Assembly (NCBI GenBank): GCA_965178125.1
Contig: OZ237740.1
Location: forward strand, 1,302,001 to 1,366,000
Direction: 5' to 3'
Source: Bilabrum cf. latius
Lineage: Eukaryota
DNA length: 64,000 nucleotides
Shown: positions 37,101 through 49,465 of the stretch, piece by piece
How the letters are laid out: each line of letters starts with the position of its first letter
Numbering within the stretch: position 1 is the stretch's first letter
Notes under the pieces: model-generated
Seen by the model: the letters and a program-made list of their open reading frames with translations, nothing else
Databases searched by the model: none
Told to the model about the DNA's origin: nothing
Translations under genes and position numbers: made by a program

Positions 37101-40100
37101 CATGCTGCCTGGCCTAAGCTCGCAGAAACCGTGAAACGGACTTCGACTGCTAGATGTATTCGCTGTCTTGAAGCTGTGAGGGAACCCGCACAGCCTGACT
37201 GGTACCTAGCTACGCCACGACAGCCGCATCGGATGGATCCAGGAGGAAATCTCCTTGGACCGCTCGAAGCAGAGGTACCGCTGCTTCATCATCCGCGTGT
37301 TGGTGGCAGTGCTACCCGCCGAGTGCAGCGCAAAGGGCTTGGGCGGGACCCGGGAGGGACCCATTGGACAGCAAGGCAAGAGAGCTAATGACGTCATCGT
37401 GGCCATACAGGTAAGCTCTTGCCAGTCCTTCCTTGCACCGGACAGGCCCTAGTCGCGCGCAGATGCAGTCAACGGTCACGGGAAACCCAGAGCGATGGAA
37501 CCTTTCAGAGGCAATCTAGATCGGGCTGCCAGCCACTGTGGAGAGCCCGTCGTCCAGCTGCAACACGCTCGCACTTGCAGCAGGCGAGAAATGCTCCGCT
37601 TCAGACTTAATGCCTCTTCGACGCACCCTAAGCTCTGCCTTGACGGCGCTTTGATGATACCTTTGGCTAATGCCCAGCGCGCCGTGCACCGGGTCCAGTT
37701 CGTACCCGCTGCACGCGCGCGCCACAACATCGGGCCAGAGGATGCTGCCTGGAAACGAGGGCGGCTTCGAGTGGCTCCCGCTTGCGGTGTCCCAAACGCT
37801 GGCTGGGGAAAATGACCCGCCCACTGGCTGGTCCAGATACGTTCCGATCAAGGCTGTGGCTTCGGCCTCTGGTACCATGGCGGCGTCGGCGGCGCGGACT
37901 GCAACTTCAAGTTGATCGATTGCGGATCTCTAGCGGTGCACGCCAAGGTCACTGGAGATGTTCGAGATATCGCGGAGCGACGAGTGAATGGCGCCATACC
38001 CAGATGACGCGCCGTCTAAAGCCGCCTGTGATTGCTCAATTGCGACCATCCACTGCCGTCTGGCCTCTGCTGCCCGGTGCACCAGGGCTCTTCGCCTGGC
38101 GAATGCCGGATCCGAGCCTAGTGTTGATAGCAGCAGCGACCGCATGGCACCCTGCACGTCCGAATCGCCGCGGGCCTGTGCCTGGGCAATGGTCTCGCGG
38201 CACCGGATTGGCCCCACCTGAGCGCACACGCTCTGCGCAGGGGGGCGGGTGAGAACACGGAGCGCAGCTCGAATGTCGCGGCGAGCGGAGGCAGCTGCCT
38301 GCGTCCACATCATCTGGCAAAGCTTGCTCGCCCGCACTAGTTCCGCAAGGGGGGCTGAGTACTTGGGTGGCTCACGGCCATGCAGCTTAGCATCTTCTAC
38401 TGCAAGGCTCCAGCATATAATATGGGCGGGAGAGCCCACGTCGGGAGCCACCCTCGATGCTGCAACCGCTGATGACGACTGCAACAGCTCGCTGCCTGTG
38501 CTCAAGTGGCCAATGCCGCTCGGATTGACCAGGTTGATCGCATTTTCAAAGCTCAAGGCTCCAGGACCCACACCGATTAGAGGCGGGAGCACCACGGGAG
38601 CCTGCCGGCTGTTGCGAACTGCATCGCCTTGAGAAAGACCTTCAACGTCGGCGGGTTCCTTCCCGCGAGGGTCCGAAGCGACGACCCCGTGGGGTGACAT
38701 CAAGAAGCTGCTTTCTGGTACTACCTGAGCAGTGCGTCCAGCACGCAGAGCTAGCATGTGCTGCCTGCGCACCCTCTCCACCGCCCGTTGCGCATCCGCT
38801 TCCTTCGCCTGGACCATCGAGTCAGCCGTCCACAGCGCCTTGCGGAACTGCGCCAGCTGCGCTCTTCGTTGCTGCTTTCGCTTGAGCACAGCCTTCTTCA
38901 TGGTGCTTCCGCTGGCAACATTCTCGTCTAGCATGGCACCTGCAGCTACAATCCTCTCGCGCATCTCCTCCGCCCCTGCGAGGGCTTTGATCTCTCGCCA
39001 GGGGCTCACCGTCTCGGGGTCCGGGTCTGCTTCCCTGGTGAGGGTGGGATCCATGGGAGTGGCCGGCAACACTCGCAGGGGCTTCCCCTCTGCGACTGCT
39101 TCGGCCTGTTTGACGACGGCTTGCAACCGCTGGGGCAGTGGGCTTGCGCTCACCGAGGCGGGCTGTTTCTTGCCAGGTGCCTCCGAGCTTGGGCTGGGGC
39201 TGGCACTCGAGGCAGCTGGGCCCCGGGAGGGCGACGGGGTGGGGAGAACTTTCACCGCATCGTCCACAGCCCGCTCGATAGAAGCATCAACGCCCTCTTC
39301 CGTTGTGTCTGGCGGCAGCACAGGCGCGTCTGCCTGAGCCGCCTCGAGGACTTGCTCGTCCTCTTGGATCGACTCGGCCTCTCGGGCTGCCTCCTCAGGC
39401 GGCTTCTCTGCAGCCGTCTGTGCTTGCTACTCCTCAGCTGCTTCATCGGGCTGCAGAACCTTCTCTATCTCTTTCAACGCGCTGTGAGCGGCCTGCTTGG
39501 TCTTTTCCACGGCTTGCATTGACTCGGCCGCTGCTCGCTCAAGAGCCGGAGGCACCTGCCCTTTGGCCAAGCTGCTGTGCTGCTCCTCAGGAGTGGGGCA
39601 TTTGCAGCACGGCCACCTGGGCTGATTCTTCCTCCCCACGGGGTTCAATGCTTCTTTGTCTCCCCTTTCGCCCCACACGTACTCCGGGTGTCCCATCTCC
39701 GTCACGATCGGAGACCCGCGGACGCCCTTCCACCGTAGGTCCGGGTTCTCCTCCGTGCACGCGCAGCATTGCTTCCCCTTGTCAGCCGCCTCCGCTGACG
39801 TCTCCATGTCACTGCCCGCAGAGCCTGTCCCCCCACCGTCCTGCCCCTTCCCCTGCTCCTCGAGCGGGTTTGGGAAGAGCTCCTAGCTCGGGTGTGCGGG
39901 ATCCACGTACTGAGGGGGAGGGGCCTTGGAGGTGTCCACCCCAAACGTGCCGACGAGCGGATCGCCATTTCTAGGATCTGGGCGGACGGCATCGAGGGCA
40001 TCTTGCCTCGCGTCGTCCTTGCCGTCACCCAGCTTTGGGGCGCGTGGGAAGCCATCGGTCTCGTCCCCCTGCTTGCTAGGCTAACGCGCATCATCAGCCT

Positions 40101-40621
40101 GGCTTGCCTATCTAGACTCCCCGATAGTTTGGCCTGGACTTGCTTCCGAGGCGCCCTATTCTTTGCCCTGCGGCGACGAACCGCTATTGTGTTTGTCTTG
40201 GCGGGATGCAGTGCTGGCCTTGGATGGCGGGTACACTCGAGTACGGTGATCAAAATCTTCCTCAGACATGTCAGAGAGTGTCAAAATGGCACTCAAATCA
40301 TTGGCTTGCAGTGCGTTCGCCAAAACTTCACCGATACTCTGTGCATCGGGGACTGGGACGACAGAATCCGGCTGGGAGTCGACGCCATGCGAGTAAGGAG
40401 ACAACCTGTCTCCATGTTGCAACTGCGGGTGGCAGAAAGCAGGGAAATGATTCACACGATATGCTGTATTGTAGATGAGCCATAATGATTGCCTACAAGC
40501 TCCAGCTTACGTGTGGTCGGATTCTGGCGTTCTTCTCGCTGTGTATATCCTTTGCCGTGTTCTACGGTGCTGACACAACCCCGAGTGCGTAAAGAGCGAT
40601 GAGAAGAAACAACACAATCAT
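28159..40621 (-). CDS. Giant secreted protein (~4124 aa) with Kelch repeats, IPT/TIG-like domains and Cys-rich patches (intron 40423-40510)
   Basis: Signal peptide MIVLFLLIALYALGVVSA and a GTAAGC...CCCGCAG intron, then one 12.26-kb frame with over 35 TAG and no TAA/TGA until TGA 28159-28161. Kelch motifs PGPRHKHAA..LLVITGG, PGRFSHSA..VYVYGG, PIARHGHTA..LVVMGG (~31720-32480). IPT-like PRVTRVDP..MWVYGRGLG, VLVGGNEC..ISCQLSP, PRLAAVYP..LVIGSGF (~30600-31720). Confidence 0.8.
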
Positions 40622-40749
40622 AGCATCAATGGCATTTCACTCATTAAGCTACAGGAGAGCAGCAAAACTGATCTGCCACGGCTGGCTCTCAGGTGCAGCG
40701 CACTGCTATGCCAACGGCATGAAGCAGCCCTTCCTCTCCCGCTGATCAT

Positions 40750-43700
40750 TCAGTCGCCGACTCTTGGAAAGTCGCGAGAATAGCGGAAAGCAGTAGACAT
40801 CAGCCTTGTTTGGGCAAGGCCAGGTACAGACTCGCCTGGCATTCGTGCCGCGCTTTGCTTTGCAGGTGCCTGCGCTGCCTGTCCATGTGATTTTGCAGCC
40901 GACACCTCGCCCCCCTGGGTGCCTTCGCCGTGGGGACCCCTAGCACCCTTCCTCTAGCCCCCATGGGCGTAGGCACCTCCCCCAGCCCCAGCTCTAGCCC
41001 CAGCTCCATTCCCAGCTCCAGCGGCAGCCACTGCCACTGCACCCACCCCTCTCACCAGAGCCCTCGCCCTGGCAGCCGGCGAATGGCCCAGAGAGTCCAG
41101 CACGCGGCCCAACCTGGCCGCGTCCAGGCTGCCGGTCGCGCCTCCAACACGTTCCATTGGACCAGGGCCACCCACTCCGTCCATGTCCTCCACAGGGTCA
41201 CCCCCACTGGCCCCACCACTCGCACCGGCCCCGCCTGCCGACCTGCTCTCCACCGCCAAACCGCTCGCGCTTGCTCCTGTGCCCAGCTCATCAGCGGCAG
41301 CGTCCAGGGAGCCTCGCCTCGAAACTGCCCTTGAGCTGGCAGGGCTGGCCCAAGGAGACATCCATGGGGTCAGCGACCCGGGTGCACCGCCATTCCTGAA
41401 TGCACGAGAGGAAGCAGCAGAGAAAGCAGGTGCGCTATCGACTGGCCCGAGGGGGCTGTCTGCATCCGCCGCCATCGCACCTGCGCCAGCTCCTTTGGAT
41501 ACTCTAGAAGGAGAGAACGGTGCGACCCCTGATGCTCCAAGCCTGCTCTCCGCACCTTCAAGCCCCCCTGTGCTACTCAGCGCGAACTAGTCGGCTCTGC
41601 CGCCAAGTCCAGACGACCGAACGGGCCGCATGGCCAGCCGGGCAGCGATGGCGGCAGCCCCATGCGTCGACGTACCGTCCCACACTGAGCGTGAGGCTGC
41701 AGCACCGGACTTGCCCTCGCTTTCTGCATCGATGCGGGCGCGGTTCAAGCCATCCCCGAGTACAGCGCGCCTGGCATCGTCAGACAGCTGCTCCTCCGCC
41801 TCCCGCAACATGGTCTCGATCTCGGAAACAGAGGGCACCTCTGGGGCACTGCTTCCCACTGGCCTCGTTCCTCCTTGCTCGTGATCCTGCGCACCGTCCC
41901 CCGTCTTCCAGGCCAAAGTGCCCGTGGAGTCCACAAAGGCGCCTTCTTTCGCTGCAGGCTGCGTCTCGGCACCAGTGCCGCCGCGCGAGCCAGCGGACAC
42001 CCGCCACGGCACAGACAGCTCCGTGCCTGCCCCGCCTCTCGCCCTCGCGCACCTGGTGGTGTGGATGGCGAGCACATGCCGGCTCTTGCCCCTCCTCGCA
42101 AGGAACTCCTCAACGTAGTTTTCGGCCTGGTCCGAGGGAGAGACGCAGCGTAGGACGACCAAAAGCAGCGCTGAAGCAGCTCGGGAGCTGGCTGGGCGCG
42201 GGTTGTGTCGCATCTGCTTGCATAGCTGCAGAATGACTTCGTCCTGCAGCCATGGGCATGCTACCACCTGTTGCACCACCGCTGCAGCACGCAGGTCTGG
42301 GTCTGGCTCGGCCCGGTCTAGGCACGCGCCGAGGATGCTGCGGAAGGCGCGGCGGGCCATCATGGGCCGTTCTGGCATCGGCGCGGAGGTGCTGCCAATC
42401 CCACCGACTGGCACGTCTGGCCGATCTTGCAATGTCGTGATCGGCTGCTGAATCGTTGTGTCGGTCCAAGAGAGCGACTCGGGTGGTGATCCGCTCGCTG
42501 CCTTGGCCCGTGTGGCATTGGCCCGAAGCACGGGGCACTCGTGCAGCGGGAAAACCGCCCCCTCCGGCGAAAGGCCCAACTTGCGGCGCCTGTTCTCAAA
42601 GAAAGTGGCCTTGGCCGCCGCAGTCGCCGCAGCCATCTCGTAGACAGAGCCAGACCGGCTCGCCTGCTCCAGCCGCAGTCGCAGGGCGCGGCCAGGGGAG
42701 AGAGCCACCAGAGCCTCCAGGGCTTGCTGCACGTCCACCTCCAGCTAGATGCCGGTAGCACCAGCCGAGGAAAGGCACGCCCTCGCCAGCTCCTGGTCCG
42801 CATGCCTAAGCGCTTCTGCTGCGTCTACCGTCACGTGCGCCGCTGCCATCCTCCGCGCAGCCGCCTTGCGCACCAACCCGCTAGCGCTGCTTTGACCCGT
42901 CCCGGCCAGGTCTGCCCGCACGCCCAGCCTCAGCGCCCGCTCCAGCGCCGCGTCCAGGTCCGAGGTGGACCCCGATGCAAGTGCAGCGGAAAGCTGGTCT
43001 TTGAGTGCCCCCAGCGCGGCGAGCAGCTGGTGCGCCTGCTGCAGCTGCAGGCTGAGCACCCTCAGCGGATTGGCCTCCTCCGGCAGGTTAAAGGCCAGAG
43101 AGCTCTCCAGCAGCAGGGCCCTCTGCTCCTCTTGCAGAGACGCGTCTAGATCCGCGCCAGAGGGGGTGCCTGCTTCACCGGAGTTCTCGTCTTGGGTCCC
43201 AGTCGTCGAGTTGCCGCCGAGCGCACTCTTCCCGGACCTGGAAGCGCTCAGCCGGGCGTCAATTTCCTGTAGCTCGTCCTCGATCTTGGACTCCTCGCGC
43301 CCCGGCGGCACGTCGAGGATGGCCCCGAGCAAATTGCGAGCCGCTCTAGAGGCAGCCGCTGCCTACGCATCGGTGGAGACTGCTCCTGTCTCCGTCGAGC
43401 CGGCCGCAGGCAGCTGCCCAGACGTAGCCTCGTCGGCTCCTCCTGCTGCTGGCACTTCAGCAAGAATGGACGCAGATCCGGGCAGCGCAAGAACCCGCCG
43501 CTCCACCCGACGCACGAGATCGCTCAGCTTTTCTTCGTCCCTGCTTGTCATGGCCTGCCGAATCTCAACGGATTGCGCCGGTATACCGCTGAAAACGTCA
43601 CCTAGCTCGGCTGCCGTGCAGATTTCAATGGCTAGCCAGGCAATGATGCTGGCTACCTTCAAAAGGACCGAGCGGCTGTCGCTGCCATGCACTGCTTCGG

Positions 43701-46700
43701 GAATAACATCCGAGGTGCGACTGTCAGGGTCCTGGCTCAGGTGATCAGCAAGCATGGCAGTCGCGACGCGAACCGCGTCCCGATCAGCGGCCGACACACT
43801 CGGACTTGAGGCAGTCCCATCGCCTCGAGGAGATGAAGAAGCGCTAGCGGCGGCAGCTTCGATATCGCTGGCATCCGCAAACGAATCCGCAATCAGGTCC
43901 AGCACCGCTTGGCATCTCTGCAGTAGGGCCGTAGTGCGGTGTGACAGAGCCGTCTTCCGTGCCTTGTCCCACTCTTCCAGGGAGCAAAGCATCGCGACGC
44001 TCTCGGCTGCAGCAGCCATGGGTTCGATCAGACCTGCACACACCGACAGACGGGACGGCAGGTCTGTGCTCCTGGCACGCAGCCGGCGAAGGCATTCCAC
44101 GTGCTTCATGTTCCCGCACATGCAAGAGCTTGCTTTGTGCTACATCTCGTCGCGCAAACTCTAGGCAGTGCCGGACGAAAAAGGGGGGACAACTGTCGCA
44201 CCGGCCTCCAGAACTACCTTTAGGTGCAGCTCGTCTCGTGCAAGGAGTAGTTCTTCCACCGCTTGGGCGCCAGCTGCATGCTCTAACCATGGACCGAATA
44301 GTGCAGCAGCCAACTGCTCCACCCCAGAGGTGGCTTCCTGTACTGCAGTCCAGGAGCCTCGCGACAGCCCACTCCTGCACGCAGCCACACGCCTCGCAAG
44401 CTCTGTGGATGCCAACCCGCTCTGCATCACTTGCGTGGGATCAAAGCTCTCCCTTGTCGCCTCGATTTGGCCTCCTGCAGCACCGGATTGGCCGGAGGGC
44501 GACCGAAGGGCGGTAGCGAGGGCCTGTAAGATAGAATCACCAACATCCCGGCCGCTGGTCTCCTCGCGCAAGGCAGCCTGCAGGTATCTCATAGCTTCGT
44601 GCATTCCCAATGCGTCCTTCTCGAGCTTTGCAAACGAGATACCCGCAGTATCCAGCGAGCCACACTCGCCCTCCACCGCTCCGACAGAGAGCGACTTCCG
44701 TACAAGCTGGCACGCATGGGCCGCTCGACACACAGTCGCGCTGCCCTCGAGCAGCTGGACTGATTTCTGCACGATATCAAGCAAGGCGTCATTCCCATAA
44801 GGCTCACCTGCACGAGTTTCTTTCTGCTTGGTAGACCCATCCAGGTCCCCTGCCCCCGACAGATCGTGTCGCCCAGTGGCTAGCAGCTGATCGACTTGCG
44901 CCTGCACCAAGGCGAAGTCCTCGGTCCCGCGCAAGAGGGACCTCGCGGCCTAATTAGACCGAATGGCAATGCTACATGCTGCTGCTAGCCTGTACTGCAG
45001 GCCGCGATGCCCGCCAGTGCCCAAGCTACTGGGTTCAACAGTGATGTTCACCGCCGTGAGCAGCCTGTCCGCGGTGTCGATGGCCAGAGAGGGCGGTAGT
45101 GCGCCGAGCAGCAGTGACCCTGCACCATTCAGCCACTGCGCCTTGCCAGCCGACGGGAACTCTTGGAGAAGTCCGGTTGGCGCGGACTCCGGCTCTGCTT
45201 CGGCTGAGACAGCCGCTAACGAGGTGCCCTCTGCAGCTGTAGCTGCTGGCATGATGTGGCGGAATCTAAATCCAGTCGAGCGAGAGGCTTGTGCCAACAA
45301 GTTACCGGCAACAAGGAGGGACACCAGCCTCAGCGATCGCTTCTGGATGTACGTGTATCCACCTTGTCCCCGTACGCAGGCAGCCACCACGCCCGCTAGC
45401 CTGCTAGCTGCTTCCAGCTGCAGCGCGGACGCAGCTGGTTTGGGTCCACCCCATGCAGCATGCGCGACTGCAGATCCAGGTGCTCCGTAGCATCGCAGTG
45501 CAATGCTGTATGCGCTTCCAGCAGCTGGACTCAGCACCGCTCCCACCGCACAAAGCTCATCGGCCCAGTCCCACAGGAAGGCCGCTCGGAGCCTCCTCTC
45601 GAGCCCCAATAGAACAGCGTCCCCCCGCAACCTGGCGATACGACGGGCGACGGACTCCCAGTCAGGACTGGTACCGTCCACCGGGCCATCCTCGAGGCTC
45701 CCGTCTTCGGTGTGGTGCTCAGACACAGCATCCACGCCGCCGCCCAAGCCCTCGGGCCACCTGCAGCTGTCCATCTGGCGGAGATGGCCCCTACCCGAAC
45801 CAGCAGAAATGCATGCCTCGCTCTCTTCGCCAATGCACAGCATCCCGTCGCGGATATCACGCAGCGAGCTCGCGTCGGCGGGGTCCACAGTGGGCCGGGC
45901 CATCAGCTCCATCGCGCTCGTGCTCGCCCAGCTGACAAGGTCCCTCAGCTCCAGCATGGCCCCGTCTAACCCGTCCAGACTGACATCCTGGAGGCCAATT
46001 GCCGACATCAGCGCGCTGTGCTGCGTCCGTGTTGCAGCCGAGGCAGATGACTGCGCCGTTGATGCAGCCATGCCGTCGGTGCTATCTGCTGATCGTGTCG
46101 CGTACCCGCCTGCCAAAGCCAGCTGCACGGTGCCAGCGCAAGTCCTGCACCTGCGCACGAGGTCTACAAGGAATCGATTCGCCTCCTTGGAGTGCGGTGA
46201 AGACGACGGTATCAGGTCAGCCGCAGGTGGGGTACCTTCCGGGACTGGCGGTGTAGCAGTGCGCACGTTGGGCTGTTTCCGCGGCGTTGCTTGCTCAAGT
46301 AACGGCCTCGTGGAAGCGGACTCGTCTGATTCTACAAGCTCCAGCTCCTGACTGCCGTTCGATTCATCGCTTGAGGCTGCCTGCGTGGCCGCACTGAAGT
46401 ACGCCCCACCTGTCCACTCCTACTTGGCGGCTAGGTTTTGGGCACTTGTGCTCTCGCTTGCCAAGTCAGACTTGCCCGCTTCCTTCTTGTCGCCATCGGC
46501 TTCCTCCGCCTTGCCAGCACCAGCACCAGCACCAGCACCAGCAGCCACATCTGACACACCGGCATCGCCCTGCTCTTCCTTCTTGTCGCCATCGGCTTCC
46601 TCCGCCTTGCCACCACCAGCACCAGCAGCCACATCTGACACACCGGCATCGCCCTGCTCTTCCTTCTTGTCGCCATCGGCTTCCTCCGCCTTGCCACCAC

Positions 46701-49131
46701 CAGCACCAGCACTAGCAGCCACATCTGACACACCGGCATCGCCCTGCTCTTCCTTCTTGTCGCCATCGGCTTCCTCCGCCTTGCCACCACCAGCACCAGC
46801 AGCCACATCTGACACACCGGCATCGCCCTGCTCTTCCTTCTTGTCGCCATCGGCTTCCTCCGCCTTGCCAGCACCAGCACCAGCACTAGCAGCCACATCT
46901 GACACACCGGCATCGCCCTGCTCTTCCTTCTTGTCGCCATCGGCTTCCTCCGCCTTGCCAGCACCAGCACCAGCAGCCACATCTGACACACCGGCATCGC
47001 CCTGCTCTTCCTTCTTGTCGCCATCGGCTTCCTCCGCCTTGCCAGCACCAGCACCAGCACCAGCAGCCACATCTGACACACCGGCATCGCCCTGCTCTTC
47101 CTTCTTGTCGCCATCGGCTTCCTCCGCCTTGCCAGCACCAGCACCAGCAGCCACATCTGACACACCGGCATCGCCCTGCTCTCCCTTCTTGTCGCCATCG
47201 GCTTCCTCCGCCTTGCCAGCACCAGCACCAGCAGCCACATCTGACACACCGGCATCGCCCTGCTCTTCCTTCTTGTCGCCATCGGCTTCCTCCGCCTTGC
47301 CAGCACCAGCACCAGCACCAGCACCAGCACCAGCACCAGCAGCCACATCTGACACACCGGCATCGCCCTGCTCTTCCTTCTTGTCGCCATCGGCTTCCTC
47401 CGCCTTGCCAGGACCAGCACCATCTGTATGCATTGCGGCTCGAGAATACACACCACTGGCAGGTGACCCCGCCTCTGCGTGCTGGGTCATCATGGCTGCG
47501 AGGGTGCTTGCAACATCGATGTCTGCCTGCACGTCATCGCCTAGCAAAATATGGAGCCCGCCAGTACGGCTTGTCACTTCATCTGCGGAAAGGGAGGAAT
47601 GGTTGCGACAACAGATGCGTAGCTCAAGTCACTCAAGGGCACGTAGTCTCGGCCGACTATAACATGCAGGCGACTGCAAGCCAATTTTCTCACGGAAGTT
47701 TTGAATAGCCCGTTGAATATCTACGGGGGGCGATGTTCCGTCGCTGCAGCAAGCCAGCACTGCCCTGTACGCCCTGGTTTGTTCTGCCGGGACAGTCACA
47801 TCTGGCAGAGTGCACTAGATCTCTTCGATTACCTCTAGGGCCTCTTCCAGGCCGGCCAGATCCACAGGATAAACCAAATGGGACGGTGACTAGTTAGGGG
47901 CAGCGCCCCGGGGCTCCGGCCTCTCCCCCTCAACCCAGCGCAGCATCGGGGCATCCTGGAGTGCAACTTCGAGGTGTTGCGCGGCTAGTCTATGCTCGGC
48001 AATGGTGGATGCCTCGTGCACTTCCGGCAAGATGCACTCGTCCAAATCGGCGTCTTCATCCTCAACGCCATCCACCACTTCCTCCACCAGAGCCCAGTCC
48101 CCCTCCTACAGAGCCCGTCTGAGTGCCAGCACTGTCTCGGCGCTCCTCATCATGCGCTCCAGATCGACCGGCACTTGGTCCTCAGGCACAGAGGTGGCAT
48201 ACTCGATCCAGTCAGGCAAGACATCCAGCTCAGAGCTGTCTGGTACAGGCTCCAGGCCGTCGAATATTGTCCCATTCTGCGACATGGCCGTGCGGAAGTC
48301 CTGCCAGACGTCTGCCTCCTACTCCTCCGCCTCCCCACCATCCTGCCCATCGCCCTCTCCCTCCCCACCATCCTGCCCATCGCCCTCTCCCTCCCCACCA
48401 TCCTGCCCATCGCCCTCTCCCTCCCCACCATCCTGCCCATCGCCCTCTCCCTCCCCACCATCCTGCCCATCGCCCTCGCCCTCCCCACCATCCTGCCCAT
48501 CGCCCTCTCCCTCCCCACCATCCTGCCCATCGCCCTCGCCCTCCCCACCATCCTGCCCATCGCCCTCTCCCTCCCCACCATCCTGCCCATCGCCCTCTCC
48601 CTCCCCACCATCCTGCCCATCGCCCTCTACCTCCCCACCATCCTGCCCATCGCCCTCGCCTTGCCCACCTTCCTGCCCATCGCCCTCTCCCTCCCCACCA
48701 TCCTGCCCATCGCCAGCAATCTCCTCACCCGTCTGCTAGGGAGTTTCTTCAAGCTGGCACACACGGTCAGCGTAGACAAGGGAATCGCACCTAATGGCGT
48801 ATTTTTCTACACCTGCCTACACAATTACTTCCGATAGGTCTCCACTTCGTAGTGTTGCAGACTAGTATCCTGACCTTCTTGTAGGTTGAGTCTGGCAACA
48901 TCTGAAGGGCGACGCATTCCGTCGATAGCCCGGTTCATTTCTTTTCAATAAGGCCAGCATGTTCTACCTTAATGCAGCGTCGACAAAATAGAGCAACACG
49001 TGCAAAACCTCTCGGTACAGGTGGCATTGGCACTATTCGTTTGCCTGAACCCGCCTCTTATCTCCAAAGTATTCATGCTACGGTCGTCGATCGCGAAACA
49101 TGACCCGCATCTGTGGAAAGTCTACAGTCAT
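40750..49131 (-). CDS. Large MyTH4-domain protein with alpha-helical middle region and two acidic repeat tracts (probable intron 47583-47693; start codon uncertain, 49131 or 48960)
   Basis: Eight annotated ORFs share one frame, joined by TAG and one intron. MyTH4 signature AFRSILGAC...LQDEVILQLCKQMRHNP..SSRAASALL...CVSPS...YVEEFL (~42060-42470). A 111-nt GTGAGA...TTTCCGCAG intron removes the only in-frame TGA. TGA 40750-40752. Confidence 0.72.
46481..47410. repeat. Coding minisatellite: 10 full plus 1 partial units of about 84-108 bp, KAEEADGDKKEEQGDAGVSDVAA(GA)nG
   Basis: Near-identical core with a nested variable-length (CCAGCA)n hexamer. Confidence 0.95.
48331..48715. repeat. Coding minisatellite: about 13 copies of 30 bp (ctccccaccatcctgcccatcgccctctcc), encoding GEGDGQDGGE on the minus strand
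   Basis: Directly visible head-to-tail array with few substitutions. Confidence 0.95.
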
Positions 49132-49465
49132 ATTCTCCAGTTATACACCTTGTCGGACCTGAGATGTTGTATGCAAGATGCTGCAGACCCATGCATACGG
49201 GCACGCACGGCAGTTGACGCTGCTTTAAATTGCACGGAACAATTAATAAATACGATTTCTGCGAAACACCCGAGAAGACTAAAGGCATCAAAGCGGACTG
49301 CAATTTGCACTGAGTTTGCATTGAAGTAAGCTTTTCAAAGTAGCTGCAACAGCGAAAGCCGACGCGGTATTGGAGCTCAAGTTGGCGTGATCCAGGATGG
49401 GCAAGGGATACGGGTAGGGTCGCGGCCGCGGAGGCGGGCGCGGAGCTTGTGATGCCTTGACAGAC

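Noticed and set aside
46481-47410. CRISPR-like array (constant repeat with variable spacer)
   Set aside because: The spacers are only (CCAGCA)n length variants, the array is in-frame coding sequence, the context is eukaryotic and no cas genes are present.
47992-48837. Plus-strand hydrophobic repeat ORF (LPTILPIALS)n as a membrane protein
   Set aside because: It is the antisense reading of the 30-bp repeat. The minus-strand frame is continuous with the MyTH4 gene.
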